64,000 bases of DNA from Spirochaetia bacterium (lineage in GTDB: Bacteria > Spirochaetota > Spirochaetia > SP-2023): positions 576,001 through 640,000 of the forward strand of contig OZ253665.1 of NCBI GenBank assembly GCA_965263295.1, written 5' to 3'. Every line of letters starts with the position of its first letter. Position 1 is the stretch's first letter. Below the pieces are notes generated by a model that was not told the origin of the DNA, did not search any database, and saw only the letters and a program-made list of their open reading frames with translations. The translations under genes were made by a program, and so were the position numbers. Positions 1-9,500 of the stretch are shown one piece after another.

Positions 1-204
1 TTGCTCCTCAAAAATCTGGACAATATCCCAAGGGAAAAAACCAAATTCTGGGATAAGTCGAGACAGAATGTATACCGGAATATAAACAACAATCCCAAAA
101 GAACAGGCGCGAACTGCACGGGCTAAGCGCGCCCTAGAGCCCAAGGTTCTATAAATTGTCAGGTATAAATAGAAAGGAAAGCTGACAATCAAAAACAAGG
201 ACAT
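1..204 (-). CDS. N-terminal part of a probable membrane protein, running off the left window edge
   Basis: ATG at 204 opens a frame to the edge: MSLFLIVSFPFYLYLTIYRTLGSRARLARAVRACSFGIVVYIPVYILSRL..., with two hydrophobic segments. It lies just downstream of tRNA-Val on the same strand. Confidence 0.55.
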   Translation of the reverse strand, partial: MSLFLIVSFPFYLYLTIYRTLGSRARLARAVRACSFGIVVYIPVYILSRLIPEFGFFPWDIVQIFEEQ

Positions 205-232
205 ATCGTGTGAACAATGAAAACAAAAACAC

Positions 233-306
233 TGGGCGATATTGGATTCGAACCAATGACCCCCTGCTTGTAAGGCAGGTGCTCTAACCGGCTGAGCTAA
301 TCGCCC
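233..306 (-). tRNA. tRNA-Val (anticodon TAC)
   Basis: Reverse complement reads GGGCGATTAGCTCAGCCGGTTAGAGCACCTGCC-TTACAA-GCAGGGGGTCATTGGTTCGAATCCAATATCGCCCA. It forms a cloverleaf with a GTTCGA T-loop; CCA is not encoded. Confidence 0.97.
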
Positions 307-324
307 TGTAAAAAGTATTTGTCC

Positions 325-367
325 TTTATAGCATATAATTGACAACTTGTCAAATGGCAGATACTTT
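325..367. promoter_or_regulatory. Overlapping divergent sigma70-type promoters sharing a palindromic -35 region
   Basis: TTGACA-ACT-TGTCAA at 339-353. Minus strand gives TTGACA-17-TATAAA towards tRNA-Val; plus strand gives TTGACA-17-TACTTT towards the 606 operon. Confidence 0.55.
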
Positions 368-605
368 TTTTATTTTGCAAATTGCATTACAGAATACAAA
401 GTGGCTTCAATTATACGCAAGAACACCGTTCGAAATTTGGGAACCTGTTATTCAATCAATTTTTACAAGATAGTTGATATAAAAATGACTACTTGTGCCA
501 TTTGATTCATTATGTTAGTTTAGTTTCGGGATGATGCTTGAATTAGGCATTACCGTAATTGCTAGCAATCGAAAATAATGAATTTGTTAGGTTGAAGGGA
601 TTCTT

Positions 606-1532
606 ATGATCATTGATTTGTTGATTAGCGGGGATAAAAAATTCATTGTGGTAAAAAGAATAGTTAAATTTTTTACCTGTCTACTGGTTTTTTCTCAGAT
701 ATTAGCGGTGTCGCTATATGCTGAGGATGAGCTCAATTTCCCCAAAGAGCTAAATGTTACCGAGAAAATTTACGGTGAAAGCAAGTTTCTCAACAGAATC
801 CGCCAACGCGGCAGATTGATTATAGCCATGACTCAAAAGGATCAATATCCGTTCTTTTACACGACAAAAAATAATAGTCTGGTCGGTCTGGACGTGGATA
901 TAGCTCAAGAGTTGGCAAAAAGCCTGCAGGTGGACTTAGATATTGACCGCTCGGCTAAATCTTTTAATGACTTAATCCCCATGGTGGCGTCGCATCAGGT
1001 AGATATGGCTCTCTCTAAGCTGAGTCGCACTTTGCAGCGCTCACAAGAAGTTTTGTTTAGCAAGCCTTACATCGTGTTCCGCCAAGCCTTGCTCATTAAT
1101 CGTATCCAGCTGGCCCGTGTCAGTGCCAGTGATGAAGAGACGAAAGAAATTGTACGCAACTTTTCTAGCACAATCGGTGTAATTGCCAATTCATCGTATG
1201 AACGTTATGCGAGAACTAATTTCCCACAGGCAGAAATTGTAAGCTTTCCAAGTTGGGAAGCGACTCTGCAGGCTCTATCGGACTCTAAAGTCTTTGCTGT
1301 TTACCGTGATGAAGTGGAGATTGGCAGATACATTCATCGCAACCCTCAAGAAAATTTATATTTCAAGTCCGTATATCTTCAAGACCGTGAGGATCCGATA
1401 GCCGTAGCCTTGCCGGCAGGCGATTATCACTTTTTATTTTATATTAACATGTTCTTAGATACGCTGGATTTTCTGCCCAGGGACGCGAATGATTTGTTGG
1501 CTAAGTTTGGCGAGCATGATGAAGTGCAATAA
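606..1532 (+). CDS. Amino-acid substrate-binding protein, family 3 (PBP2)
   Basis: Signal-peptide-like N-terminus and SBP_bac_3 motifs YPFFY, GLDVDIAQELAK, SKLSRTLQRSQEVLFSKPY. True start may be GTG 648. Confidence 0.88.
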   Translation: MIIDLLISGDKKFIVVKRIVKFFTCLLVFSQILAVSLYAEDELNFPKELNVTEKIYGESKFLNRIRQRGRLIIAMTQKDQYPFFYTTKNNSLVGLDVDIAQELAKSLQVDLDIDRSAKSFNDLIPMVASHQVDMALSKLSRTLQRSQEVLFSKPYIVFRQALLINRIQLARVSASDEETKEIVRNFSSTIGVIANSSYERYARTNFPQAEIVSFPSWEATLQALSDSKVFAVYRDEVEIGRYIHRNPQENLYFKSVYLQDREDPIAVALPAGDYHFLFYINMFLDTLDFLPRDANDLLAKFGEHDEVQ

Positions 1533-1559
1533 TTTACGTACAGCAGGGAGCAACATATT

Positions 1560-2852
1560 ATGATAGTTCAATTTTTAAGGCATCCGCTGACAGCATTTCT
1601 AGCGATTATTTTAGGCGTATTGTGCGGAATATATTTTCCAGAATTTGCGCGCAGTTTGTCAGATCTGAGTAATACTTATTTATTGCTGATGCAAATGACG
1701 GTCGTGCCGATACTCGTTTCTGCCATCATTTCCAGCGTAGGCCAGTTTATTCAAAACCCCAGTTTCCCACATATTGCCGCGCGAGCTTTGAAAGTTGTCG
1801 TAATCCTCATGCTATTTGTCGTCTTGCTGGCATTGTTTGTCAGTTTGATATTTAAACCTGGCTCATTGTCACGGGAGGGCACAGACTACCTCTCGCGCTA
1901 TATTGGCAGTCAGACTGACGTTTTGGTTCTGAACCTGGATGAGAAAGAACAAGTTCACGCTCAAGCGGACAGCTTTTTGAATGTTTTTCTAAAATCGCTA
2001 ATTCCTGCTAATATGTTTGCTGCCCTGTCTCAGGGGAAGTCCTTGGCCTTAGCTTTTATTTCTATCATTATTGGCGTTGCGGCTGGGATCTACCAACTGC
2101 GCCACAAGAAGCAGGGTAAGACAAATGCTTTAATTGATTTATGTGACAATATTTTTTCGATTTTTCAATTGATTATTAGCGCCGTATTGGTATTACTGCC
2201 CGTCGCTTTAGTGTTTATTATCGCAAATCTGATAGCCCAAAATGGCTTGGGTATGTTTATTGCGACTATCAGACTCATCACAACTTTTTATGTTCTTGGG
2301 GTGATTCTATTGTTGCTGAATAGTATGTTTTTGGCCATCAGTACCCGCAGAAACTTTTTTCAAGTTTTGCGCGTATCGTTGACACCTTCTTTTCTCGGCT
2401 TTGTTACAAAAAGCAGTGTAGCCACGATTCCTTCTTGCATTGAGAGACTAGAGAAAGGCATGGATATGGATGTCGGCCTTGCCAAGTTATTGGTTCCTTT
2501 ATTTTTGGTGCTATGTCGCTATGGCAATCTGGCTTATTTCGCCGTCATAACCGTTTTTTCGTACCAAATCTACCATATGCAGTTTGGTTTCATAGAGCTT
2601 TTGGTGGTTGTAGTCAGTTTACTTTTTGCCAGTATTGCGACTGCTGGTGCCACTGGTTTCTCAACGTTGGGCATACTTTCTATTGCTTTCTTACCTCTAG
2701 GCATACCTGTAGAAACTATACTAGTTATACTATATGCCATTGATCCCATTATTGATCCTATGCGGACAATGCTAATTGTGCATAATAATTTTGCAGCCAT
2801 TGGTATTATTGGGGGCAAGCGCAAATATGCTGTATTGCAGACGAAACAGTAA
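1560..2852 (+). CDS. Dicarboxylate/amino acid:cation symporter (DAACS, GltP family)
   Basis: Multi-TM protein with LLMQMTVVP, IPANMF, TKSSVATIP (HP1 serine motif) and IDPIIDPMRTMLIV (TM8). Confidence 0.9.
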   Translation: MIVQFLRHPLTAFLAIILGVLCGIYFPEFARSLSDLSNTYLLLMQMTVVPILVSAIISSVGQFIQNPSFPHIAARALKVVVILMLFVVLLALFVSLIFKPGSLSREGTDYLSRYIGSQTDVLVLNLDEKEQVHAQADSFLNVFLKSLIPANMFAALSQGKSLALAFISIIIGVAAGIYQLRHKKQGKTNALIDLCDNIFSIFQLIISAVLVLLPVALVFIIANLIAQNGLGMFIATIRLITTFYVLGVILLLLNSMFLAISTRRNFFQVLRVSLTPSFLGFVTKSSVATIPSCIERLEKGMDMDVGLAKLLVPLFLVLCRYGNLAYFAVITVFSYQIYHMQFGFIELLVVVVSLLFASIATAGATGFSTLGILSIAFLPLGIPVETILVILYAIDPIIDPMRTMLIVHNNFAAIGIIGGKRKYAVLQTKQ

Positions 2853-2929
2853 GATTGAGCGTATTTGCACGGATATTGTGCCACAATGTCTACTAATATT
2901 GTAAAATCCAGTTCTAAAGGTCAAAAAAA

Positions 2930-5296
2930 ATGAGTCCTGCCGATGCGACAAAAGCCGCTGTGCCAGTTTCGGACATAAAAAATAAAGCTGTCCATGTAGC
3001 TGAAACTCCTGCGGCTCTAGAAGGAAATGCGCCGCCTGTCGAGGACTTAGGGCGCCGCCGCACAAGTATTTCCCTGCGCGCCTTTTGGTTGTTTACTAAT
3101 ATTTCCTCTCTGCTGCTGTTCTTCCTTATCGTTTTGTACTTGTTACACCTGCAGAACCAGACCACGACACTGCGTTCCAACTTACAGATTCAGGGCCAAG
3201 TTTCCCACCAGATTGAGCGACAAGTATTGCGCTATTTCGAAAATGCTTCCAAACAGTTAAATATTCTTAATGACTTAATGAGAAAGGATCTTGAACGTTT
3301 GGGCGGACTACAGCAAGATGATTTTTTGAGCCTCGCAGAAACTATTGTCAAAATGGATGGCCATATTAATGCTGTGTATTGTGCTGATGAGCATGGGAAT
3401 TTTTATATGGCGAAGCGTATTCGCAATGGCGTCATCGGCCGTAAAATAGTTACGCCTCGCGGCAGTACAACTATAGAGCGTTGGAATTTTTTAAATGGTC
3501 AAGAGTTCCCGTCTTACCCTGCTCGGCGCGAAGTTCCCAGCTCGCAAGCCTATGATCCTCGTCAGCGCAGCTGGTATAGCGTAGCAAAGTCAAATAAAGA
3601 GTATTGGCATGGTCCGTATATTTTTTATACAGATAAATTTATGGGCATGACTGGGGTCATCGGTTTGGGCTCCTCGCAAGATTATAAAGTAATAGGTATA
3701 GATATTGATATTTCCGATTTAAGCAGCTTTCTGCAGGAGTTAGCATTTAGCAAGGTAGGCTATATCGTCATTAAGGATGCTTCTGATAATCTGGTCGCGG
3801 TCAGCGACAAAGAACGGCCAGATTATAGTATTAATCAGATAAAATTTTACGTTCAAGATAACCGACAAGAATTTGCTATACAGAAGGTTGCCGAGTTGGA
3901 TAGCAGCTCAGTCATGAGCTTTTTTGCCAAGCGAATTTTGTCCTTAAACACAAAGCAGTTGCAGCAAAGTTCGGTTTGGGAAGAGAATACAAATTTGCTT
4001 GAACAGTTGCTGACAATGTTTTTCCCAAGGCGCGCGAAGAGTTCCAATGTGCGCAATATATTAATCAAAGGCATTGACTATGGCACTATTGAGCGAAATG
4101 AGCAGGGCGAAAAACGCAACTACCTGTTTACCCACAATGCCTTTCATCCTTTTGAAGGTATATCTTGGGAAGTCTATACATTCACAGATGTAATGGATAT
4201 TAGCAATTCTCTAGACTACCTGAGCAAAATTATAACCTGGATTTTTTTGGGTTTCATTTTATTGTTTATATTCATTTTACAATATGTATCAAAGCTAGTT
4301 TCCCAACCTTTGAGTGAACTTTCGCGTATGATGGAAAATTTTCGCCAACACTTGGCTTTGGAGCAGAACTTTGTGGACCACAGTCGCTTGAAGGTCAAGG
4401 AAATCGAAAACATTGGTAATGTATACAACAACCTGCAGAACGGTTTCCGCTCATTTAAAAAATTTGTGCCCGATGTAATTGTGCGACGCTCAATGAACAG
4501 TTCATTTTTAGGCAAAAATCAGCTAAATTCACAAATGCATAAGCGTCAAGTCTCAATCTTATTTTCCGATATTGAAGGCTTTACCTCTATTGCGGAACGC
4601 TTGCAACCTGAAGTTTTATGCCGGTGTCTGGAAGTCTACTTTTCGCTGATGAGCCAGGAAATCGGTAACAATCAGGGCATCGTCGATAAATTCATTGGAG
4701 ATGCTATTATGGCCTTGTTTGGTGCTTTCCATGATGCGGAGGACGAGGCGCAGACAGCACGCCAGGCCGTCCAGGCGGCACTAAGTATGCAAAAGAAATC
4801 TGAAGCGGTGCAACGCGCAGTCCAGAAGATTGACCCTTCCGTGTCTTTGCGCACGCGCATTGGCATTAGCACCGGGCAGGCCATGGTGGGAATTTTCGGC
4901 TCGCGCCAGCGTCTTAACTTTACGGCCATGGGTGATCGGGTCAACTTGGCTAGTCGCTTGGAAGCTGTCAACAAAAAATATAAAACTCCCGTAATCGTTT
5001 CGGAACGAACGAGGGAGCTCGCCGCAGATACTTTTATATTTCGCTACCTGGGCCGTATTCAGGTCAGAGGGAAGGAGCAAACAGAAAAGATTTACCAACC
5101 CATTGGTCCAATCAATCAAGTGAGTGACTATTATAAAAGTTACTATAAAAATTTTGGACAGCTGCAGTCAATATTGGAAAAAGGCGACTGGAACTTGTCG
5201 CAAAATGCTGTGCGCAAGATGCACCAGCACTTTCCCGGCATTGTCGACCCCTTGTTTGAACAAATGCGTCAGCAGTATAAATCCAAGGAAGTTTAG
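2930..5296 (+). CDS. Membrane adenylate cyclase, class III (TM-Cache-TM-HAMP-cyclase)
   Basis: Cache signature YDPRQRSWY...WHGPY...VIGIDI. Cyclase motifs FSDIEGFT, DKFIGDAIMA and NFTAMGDRVNLASRLE; the K and T residues suggest ATP specificity. Confidence 0.92.
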   Translation: MSPADATKAAVPVSDIKNKAVHVAETPAALEGNAPPVEDLGRRRTSISLRAFWLFTNISSLLLFFLIVLYLLHLQNQTTTLRSNLQIQGQVSHQIERQVLRYFENASKQLNILNDLMRKDLERLGGLQQDDFLSLAETIVKMDGHINAVYCADEHGNFYMAKRIRNGVIGRKIVTPRGSTTIERWNFLNGQEFPSYPARREVPSSQAYDPRQRSWYSVAKSNKEYWHGPYIFYTDKFMGMTGVIGLGSSQDYKVIGIDIDISDLSSFLQELAFSKVGYIVIKDASDNLVAVSDKERPDYSINQIKFYVQDNRQEFAIQKVAELDSSSVMSFFAKRILSLNTKQLQQSSVWEENTNLLEQLLTMFFPRRAKSSNVRNILIKGIDYGTIERNEQGEKRNYLFTHNAFHPFEGISWEVYTFTDVMDISNSLDYLSKIITWIFLGFILLFIFILQYVSKLVSQPLSELSRMMENFRQHLALEQNFVDHSRLKVKEIENIGNVYNNLQNGFRSFKKFVPDVIVRRSMNSSFLGKNQLNSQMHKRQVSILFSDIEGFTSIAERLQPEVLCRCLEVYFSLMSQEIGNNQGIVDKFIGDAIMALFGAFHDAEDEAQTARQAVQAALSMQKKSEAVQRAVQKIDPSVSLRTRIGISTGQAMVGIFGSRQRLNFTAMGDRVNLASRLEAVNKKYKTPVIVSERTRELAADTFIFRYLGRIQVRGKEQTEKIYQPIGPINQVSDYYKSYYKNFGQLQSILEKGDWNLSQNAVRKMHQHFPGIVDPLFEQMRQQYKSKEV

Positions 5297-5299
5297 TCC

Positions 5300-6082
5300 A
5301 TGTATGCAAATACGGCAAAGATAATCGGCATCGTCGGTGGCGTCGGACCCCAGGCGGGAGTCGACCTGCATCAAAAGCTTGTGGTGTATACCTCAGAGCT
5401 AATTCATCCGCGCTGTGATCAAGAGCACTTATCGGTCATTCATATGGCCCTGCCATCTCAGATTGCGGACCGCAGCGCTTATTTGGCGACTCCTGGAAAT
5501 TGTCTCCACCCTGGGTTTGCCATCTATGAGGTAATTCAACGCTTATATCAAAACGGTGCGCGGGTCATTGGCATACCTTGCAATACTTGTCATGCCAAAG
5601 CGATTTTTTCCCAGATTCAAGGGCTTGTTGACACGGAGTTGGGCGCAGACATTGAATTGCTGCACATGATTCGCGAGGTTTGTCGCAAAGTGCGGGCCAT
5701 GGGCTTCAAGCGAGTAGGCTTATTGGCGACAATGGGGACTTACAGCTCTCAATTGTATTTTGATATATTTGCAGAGCAAGGGATTGAAATTCTGCAGCCA
5801 CAGGACGAGATGAGTCAGCAGCAAGTCCACAACGCGATCTACGATCCAGATTTCGGTATTAAGGCGAATGCTGATTTAACCGAAAACAAATTTGCCCGCC
5901 GGATTCTGCTGGAAGAAGCACGTAAAATGCAGCGGCGCAGAGCTCAGGCAATCATTATGGGCTGCACGGAGATCCCCCTGGTCCTGCGAGCTCAAGACTT
6001 GGCACTGCCTTTGCTGGATGCCACGGCTGTTCTGGCTCGTGCGTTGGTTCACCGCGCTTTCGGCTTTAATAAACAGGACTGA
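5300..6082 (+). CDS. Aspartate/glutamate racemase family protein (PLP-independent)
   Basis: IGIVGGVGPQAG, DQEH, and both catalytic cysteines present (IPCNTCH, MGCTEIP). Confidence 0.92.
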   Translation: MYANTAKIIGIVGGVGPQAGVDLHQKLVVYTSELIHPRCDQEHLSVIHMALPSQIADRSAYLATPGNCLHPGFAIYEVIQRLYQNGARVIGIPCNTCHAKAIFSQIQGLVDTELGADIELLHMIREVCRKVRAMGFKRVGLLATMGTYSSQLYFDIFAEQGIEILQPQDEMSQQQVHNAIYDPDFGIKANADLTENKFARRILLEEARKMQRRRAQAIIMGCTEIPLVLRAQDLALPLLDATAVLARALVHRAFGFNKQD

Positions 6083-6135
6083 ATCCTTTTCTCCCCGCCG
6101 TGTTTCTCGTCCCTCTCTTGGCCCCCCCGTCTAGA

Positions 6136-6458
6136 TTTCGTGAACTTTCGCCACCTTTCGTGCCCTTTCGTGGTCCCCGGGCCAAGTAACCACGAAAAAC
6201 ACTAAAAAAAATACGAACAACACGAAAAATTCTAAAATACCGCCCCTGCTGCCTGAACGCCTCTAGCAGCTCCCGTCATCCATCCAGCCCCTATTTTAAC
6301 TTTTCCCGGTCACCCAAAGCTCCCCATGTGCCACCCGCGGCTCCCCAGCCTAACTTTCGTGACTTTTCGCCAACTTTCGTGCAATTCGTGGTTCCTTTCC
6401 AGAGTCTCTGGCCAAGTAACCACGAAAAACACTAAAAAAATACGAACAACACGAAAAA
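6136..6458. repeat. Two copies of a ~95-105 bp imperfect palindromic element (REP/MITE-like)
   Basis: Copies at 6136-6229 and 6355-6458. Each has 4x (T)TTCG(TG) at ~10-nt period, then a near-identical ~50 bp GGCCAAGTAACCACGAAAAACACTAAAAAAA(A)TACGAACAACACGAAAAA. Confidence 0.85.
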
Positions 6459-6593
6459 GACACCGGCCCACTGTTTTCCGACAGCGGCAGGCCGCGCAAG
6501 TTATATCCAGCTTTAATCCATGAGGCTGTAACGGCGGATAATTATCGCTATCATGCTCCCGAATGAACCGCTTCGGTGAGCGGGGAAATCGCA

Positions 6594-9500
6594 ATGCCTT
6601 TGACGAGGCCAAATGCCGCGCTAACGCGCCAACAGGGGGAAATTTTGCTTTCTGATTTCCAGAATTGCCGGACCAGCCAAAGAGATCAAAACCAGGGGCA
6701 GCAAATTCATCGGCGATTCGAAAATGAGCTGGCGGCCCTCGGCGCAGCCCATTCTTTTCGCTTGGAATACAGCGAATCCTTGACCTTGCCCGAATGTCCA
6801 GAAGAGGGCGCTCTGGCGGCTTCTCTGTGCCACCGCAGCGGAGTGCGAATTTACCTCGTGGCTTGCGAATCACAAGAGTCCGCCTTTAGTTATTGCTTCG
6901 CCACGCCGCCGCAAAATGACAAGGGTTTGGCCCACATCATCGAGCATACGGTGTTCTGTGGTTCGCGCAACTATCCGCTAAAGGAACCTTTTGCCAACTT
7001 GCAGAAGACCAGTGTCTGCAGTTTTTTGAATGCCATGACGTATCCAGAGCAGACGCTCTATCCGGCGGCGAGCTCTTTTGCGCCGGACTTCTTGCAGTTG
7101 TTTAAAGTTTACGGCGATGCCGTGTTTTTTCCTTTGCTTGAGGATCAGGCCTTCGCGCAAGAAGGTCTGCGGCAGGCGGCGCAAGGCCTTGAAGGTATTG
7201 TCTTTAATGAAATGCGCGGGTATTACGGCGATTTCGATGCCTATGTGGCGGACTCCAGCTTGCGCGGCTTGTTCCCTCCTGGCCATCCCAATAGTTTTGA
7301 CGCCGGTGGCGATCCGCGCGCCATTGCCCAGATTGACTGCCGCGATTACCAAGAATTGCGTGAATTCCATCGGAGCCACTACCGCCCACAGAATTGCCGC
7401 ATCGTGATGTATGGCTCAATACCGCGGCGGCATTTGACGGAAATTCTAAAATATCTAGACGGCGAACTGCTGAGTTCCTTCGGTGACTCCGCTGCCGACA
7501 TAATCCAGGAATGTCCGAATTGGGAACTGCCACGGCGGCAGAAACTTTATCAGGCCGTGCCGGTAGAGGCCGCCGGCGAGCGCCGGCGCAGCGTTGTGCT
7601 GAGCTGGCTGTTGCCGCCACAATGTTGTGCTCGCAGCAGTGTGGAATACCGTTTGCTGGAGGAACTACTATTAGGCAATTCGGGGGCCGTGTGGGAATTG
7701 CCAATCATGCGTAGCGGCTGGGGCGCCGAGCTGAGCCTGGGCAGTGGCCTGGAATTCGATTTGCACGACGCGGTGTTGCGCGTCGGCCTGAGTGCGTATC
7801 AGCCGCGGGACGCCCGAGATTTTCACAATTTAGTCCTCAATGCCTTGCACGAATTTTGCGATCGGGCCGAACAACTTAAAAAAAGACTTGGCAAACGGCC
7901 GGGAGAACAGCCTGGAGTCTCCAGCATCCCAATAAATTCCGATGAAAATTCCCACGTAAATTCCGACGTAAATTCTAAAGGGGTGGAAGCAAGTGGAATT
8001 AAAGTGGAATTAAAATTGCTGTGGGAAGGGGCCCTCAACAGCTTGGAATACGAAGATTATTCGTTGGGCGAATCCGGCGGTGAGGATGGCATTTGCGCGT
8101 TGGAGCGTTGCCTGCAGCTAGCCAGAGCCAGTCTTTTTTACGTCCGCGGTGCCGCTAGCCGCTCTCGCCCGTCTGCTGCTTCTGTGTGCGCTCAAACTGC
8201 GCGGCTGCGCGAAGTCTTTGCTGCATTGCAACCTTCTGCTGTCGTTGCATCCTTGCGCCGCGAAGGTCTGGCGGCTTTTGCCGCCAAGGTGCGCGGCTGG
8301 ACGTTGGATAACCCTCACTGGACATTGCAGCTGTTTGAAGGCGTGACAGCTGCGGATGGCGAGGAGGAGATCGCCGTGCCGTTAGACTTGCAGCTGGATG
8401 CCGGGCGCTTGGCCCAGCGCCAAAAAGCCTTTACAGCGTATCAGCGACGTCGCGACACTTTGGAGCAGTCGGCCCGAATTGTGGCCATGGGGCGCGATGA
8501 GTTTGACGAGTCGCCGCCCTTGGTCGAAGCTGAACATTATCTCGACGGCGATGTCGAGTTTTTTTGCAGCCGGCAAAATGCAAAGGCCAGTCTGATTATT
8601 TTGGATTTTTACTGGGAAATTAGTGACTGGAAGGAAGAAAGATTGCGGCTGTTGCCGCTTTTGCTGGACCTGCTCGACGATATGGGCTTGCCTGGCATTG
8701 GCTATGCTGAAGTGGCCAAGCAAAAATCCCTGACTATAGGGAGTTGTGAAATGGGTATTAGCTTGCAGCGGTTGTTCCGCGCTGAAGCTCCTCCCGTCGG
8801 TCATGCCGATTCCGAACCTGATGTGGCTCCTCTGCGCAGCTTTGTGCATGTTCAGCTCAGCTTTTTGCCGACTGAGTGGCGCCGTGGCCTCGCCCTGTTC
8901 TGGCGGCTGCTGAGTTCCTGTGACTGGGGAGACCACAGGCGCTTGCGGGAATTGCTACAGAGTTTGTATTATGACCGTACTCAGGAGCTTTGCTCTAATC
9001 CGCTGGAATATTGTGCTCGCCGTAGTTTTTATCGGTTGAGTCGCAACTCAGCTGTCCCCTTGACGCAGAGCGCCCGTCTGCAGGCCCAGCTGGATGAGTA
9101 TTTTTATGGTTTGGAACAGGTAGAACTGTTGGTCCAAATTTGCCGGCAGCAGGACGCTTTGCCGGCAAATTTTACCGGCTTGCAACAAGCCTTGTTGCAA
9201 GCCCCTTTGTCTTGCGCAATAAGTGCGCCTGTGTGTGAGCAGGGAGCTCTGCGTTCGTCGATTTGTGAAGCTCTGGCTGCCGCCCGCGCTGTGGTGCCAC
9301 CCAATTCACAGCCACACCGGGATTTGCCGGCAGGTTTCGCCTTGTCGCCGCCTGTCGATTTGAATGCCGCTGACTTAGAGTTGTGGCAGGGTGGCATAGC
9401 GTTGGAACACTTGTGCATCGCTTTGCCAGCCCCGTACTGGAATTATACGGGTGCGAGTCCAAAAGTGAGCGCCACTAATCCAGCTCTGGAGCTGCTGGTG

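Noticed and set aside
6136..6458. CRISPR array
   Set aside because: There are only two ~100-bp units separated by 125 bp, not 23-50 bp repeats with regular spacers, and no cas genes are in the window.
233..6460. tRNA-integrated genomic island or prophage
   Set aside because: The operon lies on the 5' side of tRNA-Val, and I saw no integrase or duplicated tRNA 3' end.
6310..6873. 187-aa minus-strand ORF
   Set aside because: It overlaps the peptidase antisense and runs through the repeat element (NHELHE... is a translation of the repeat); no protein-family signal.
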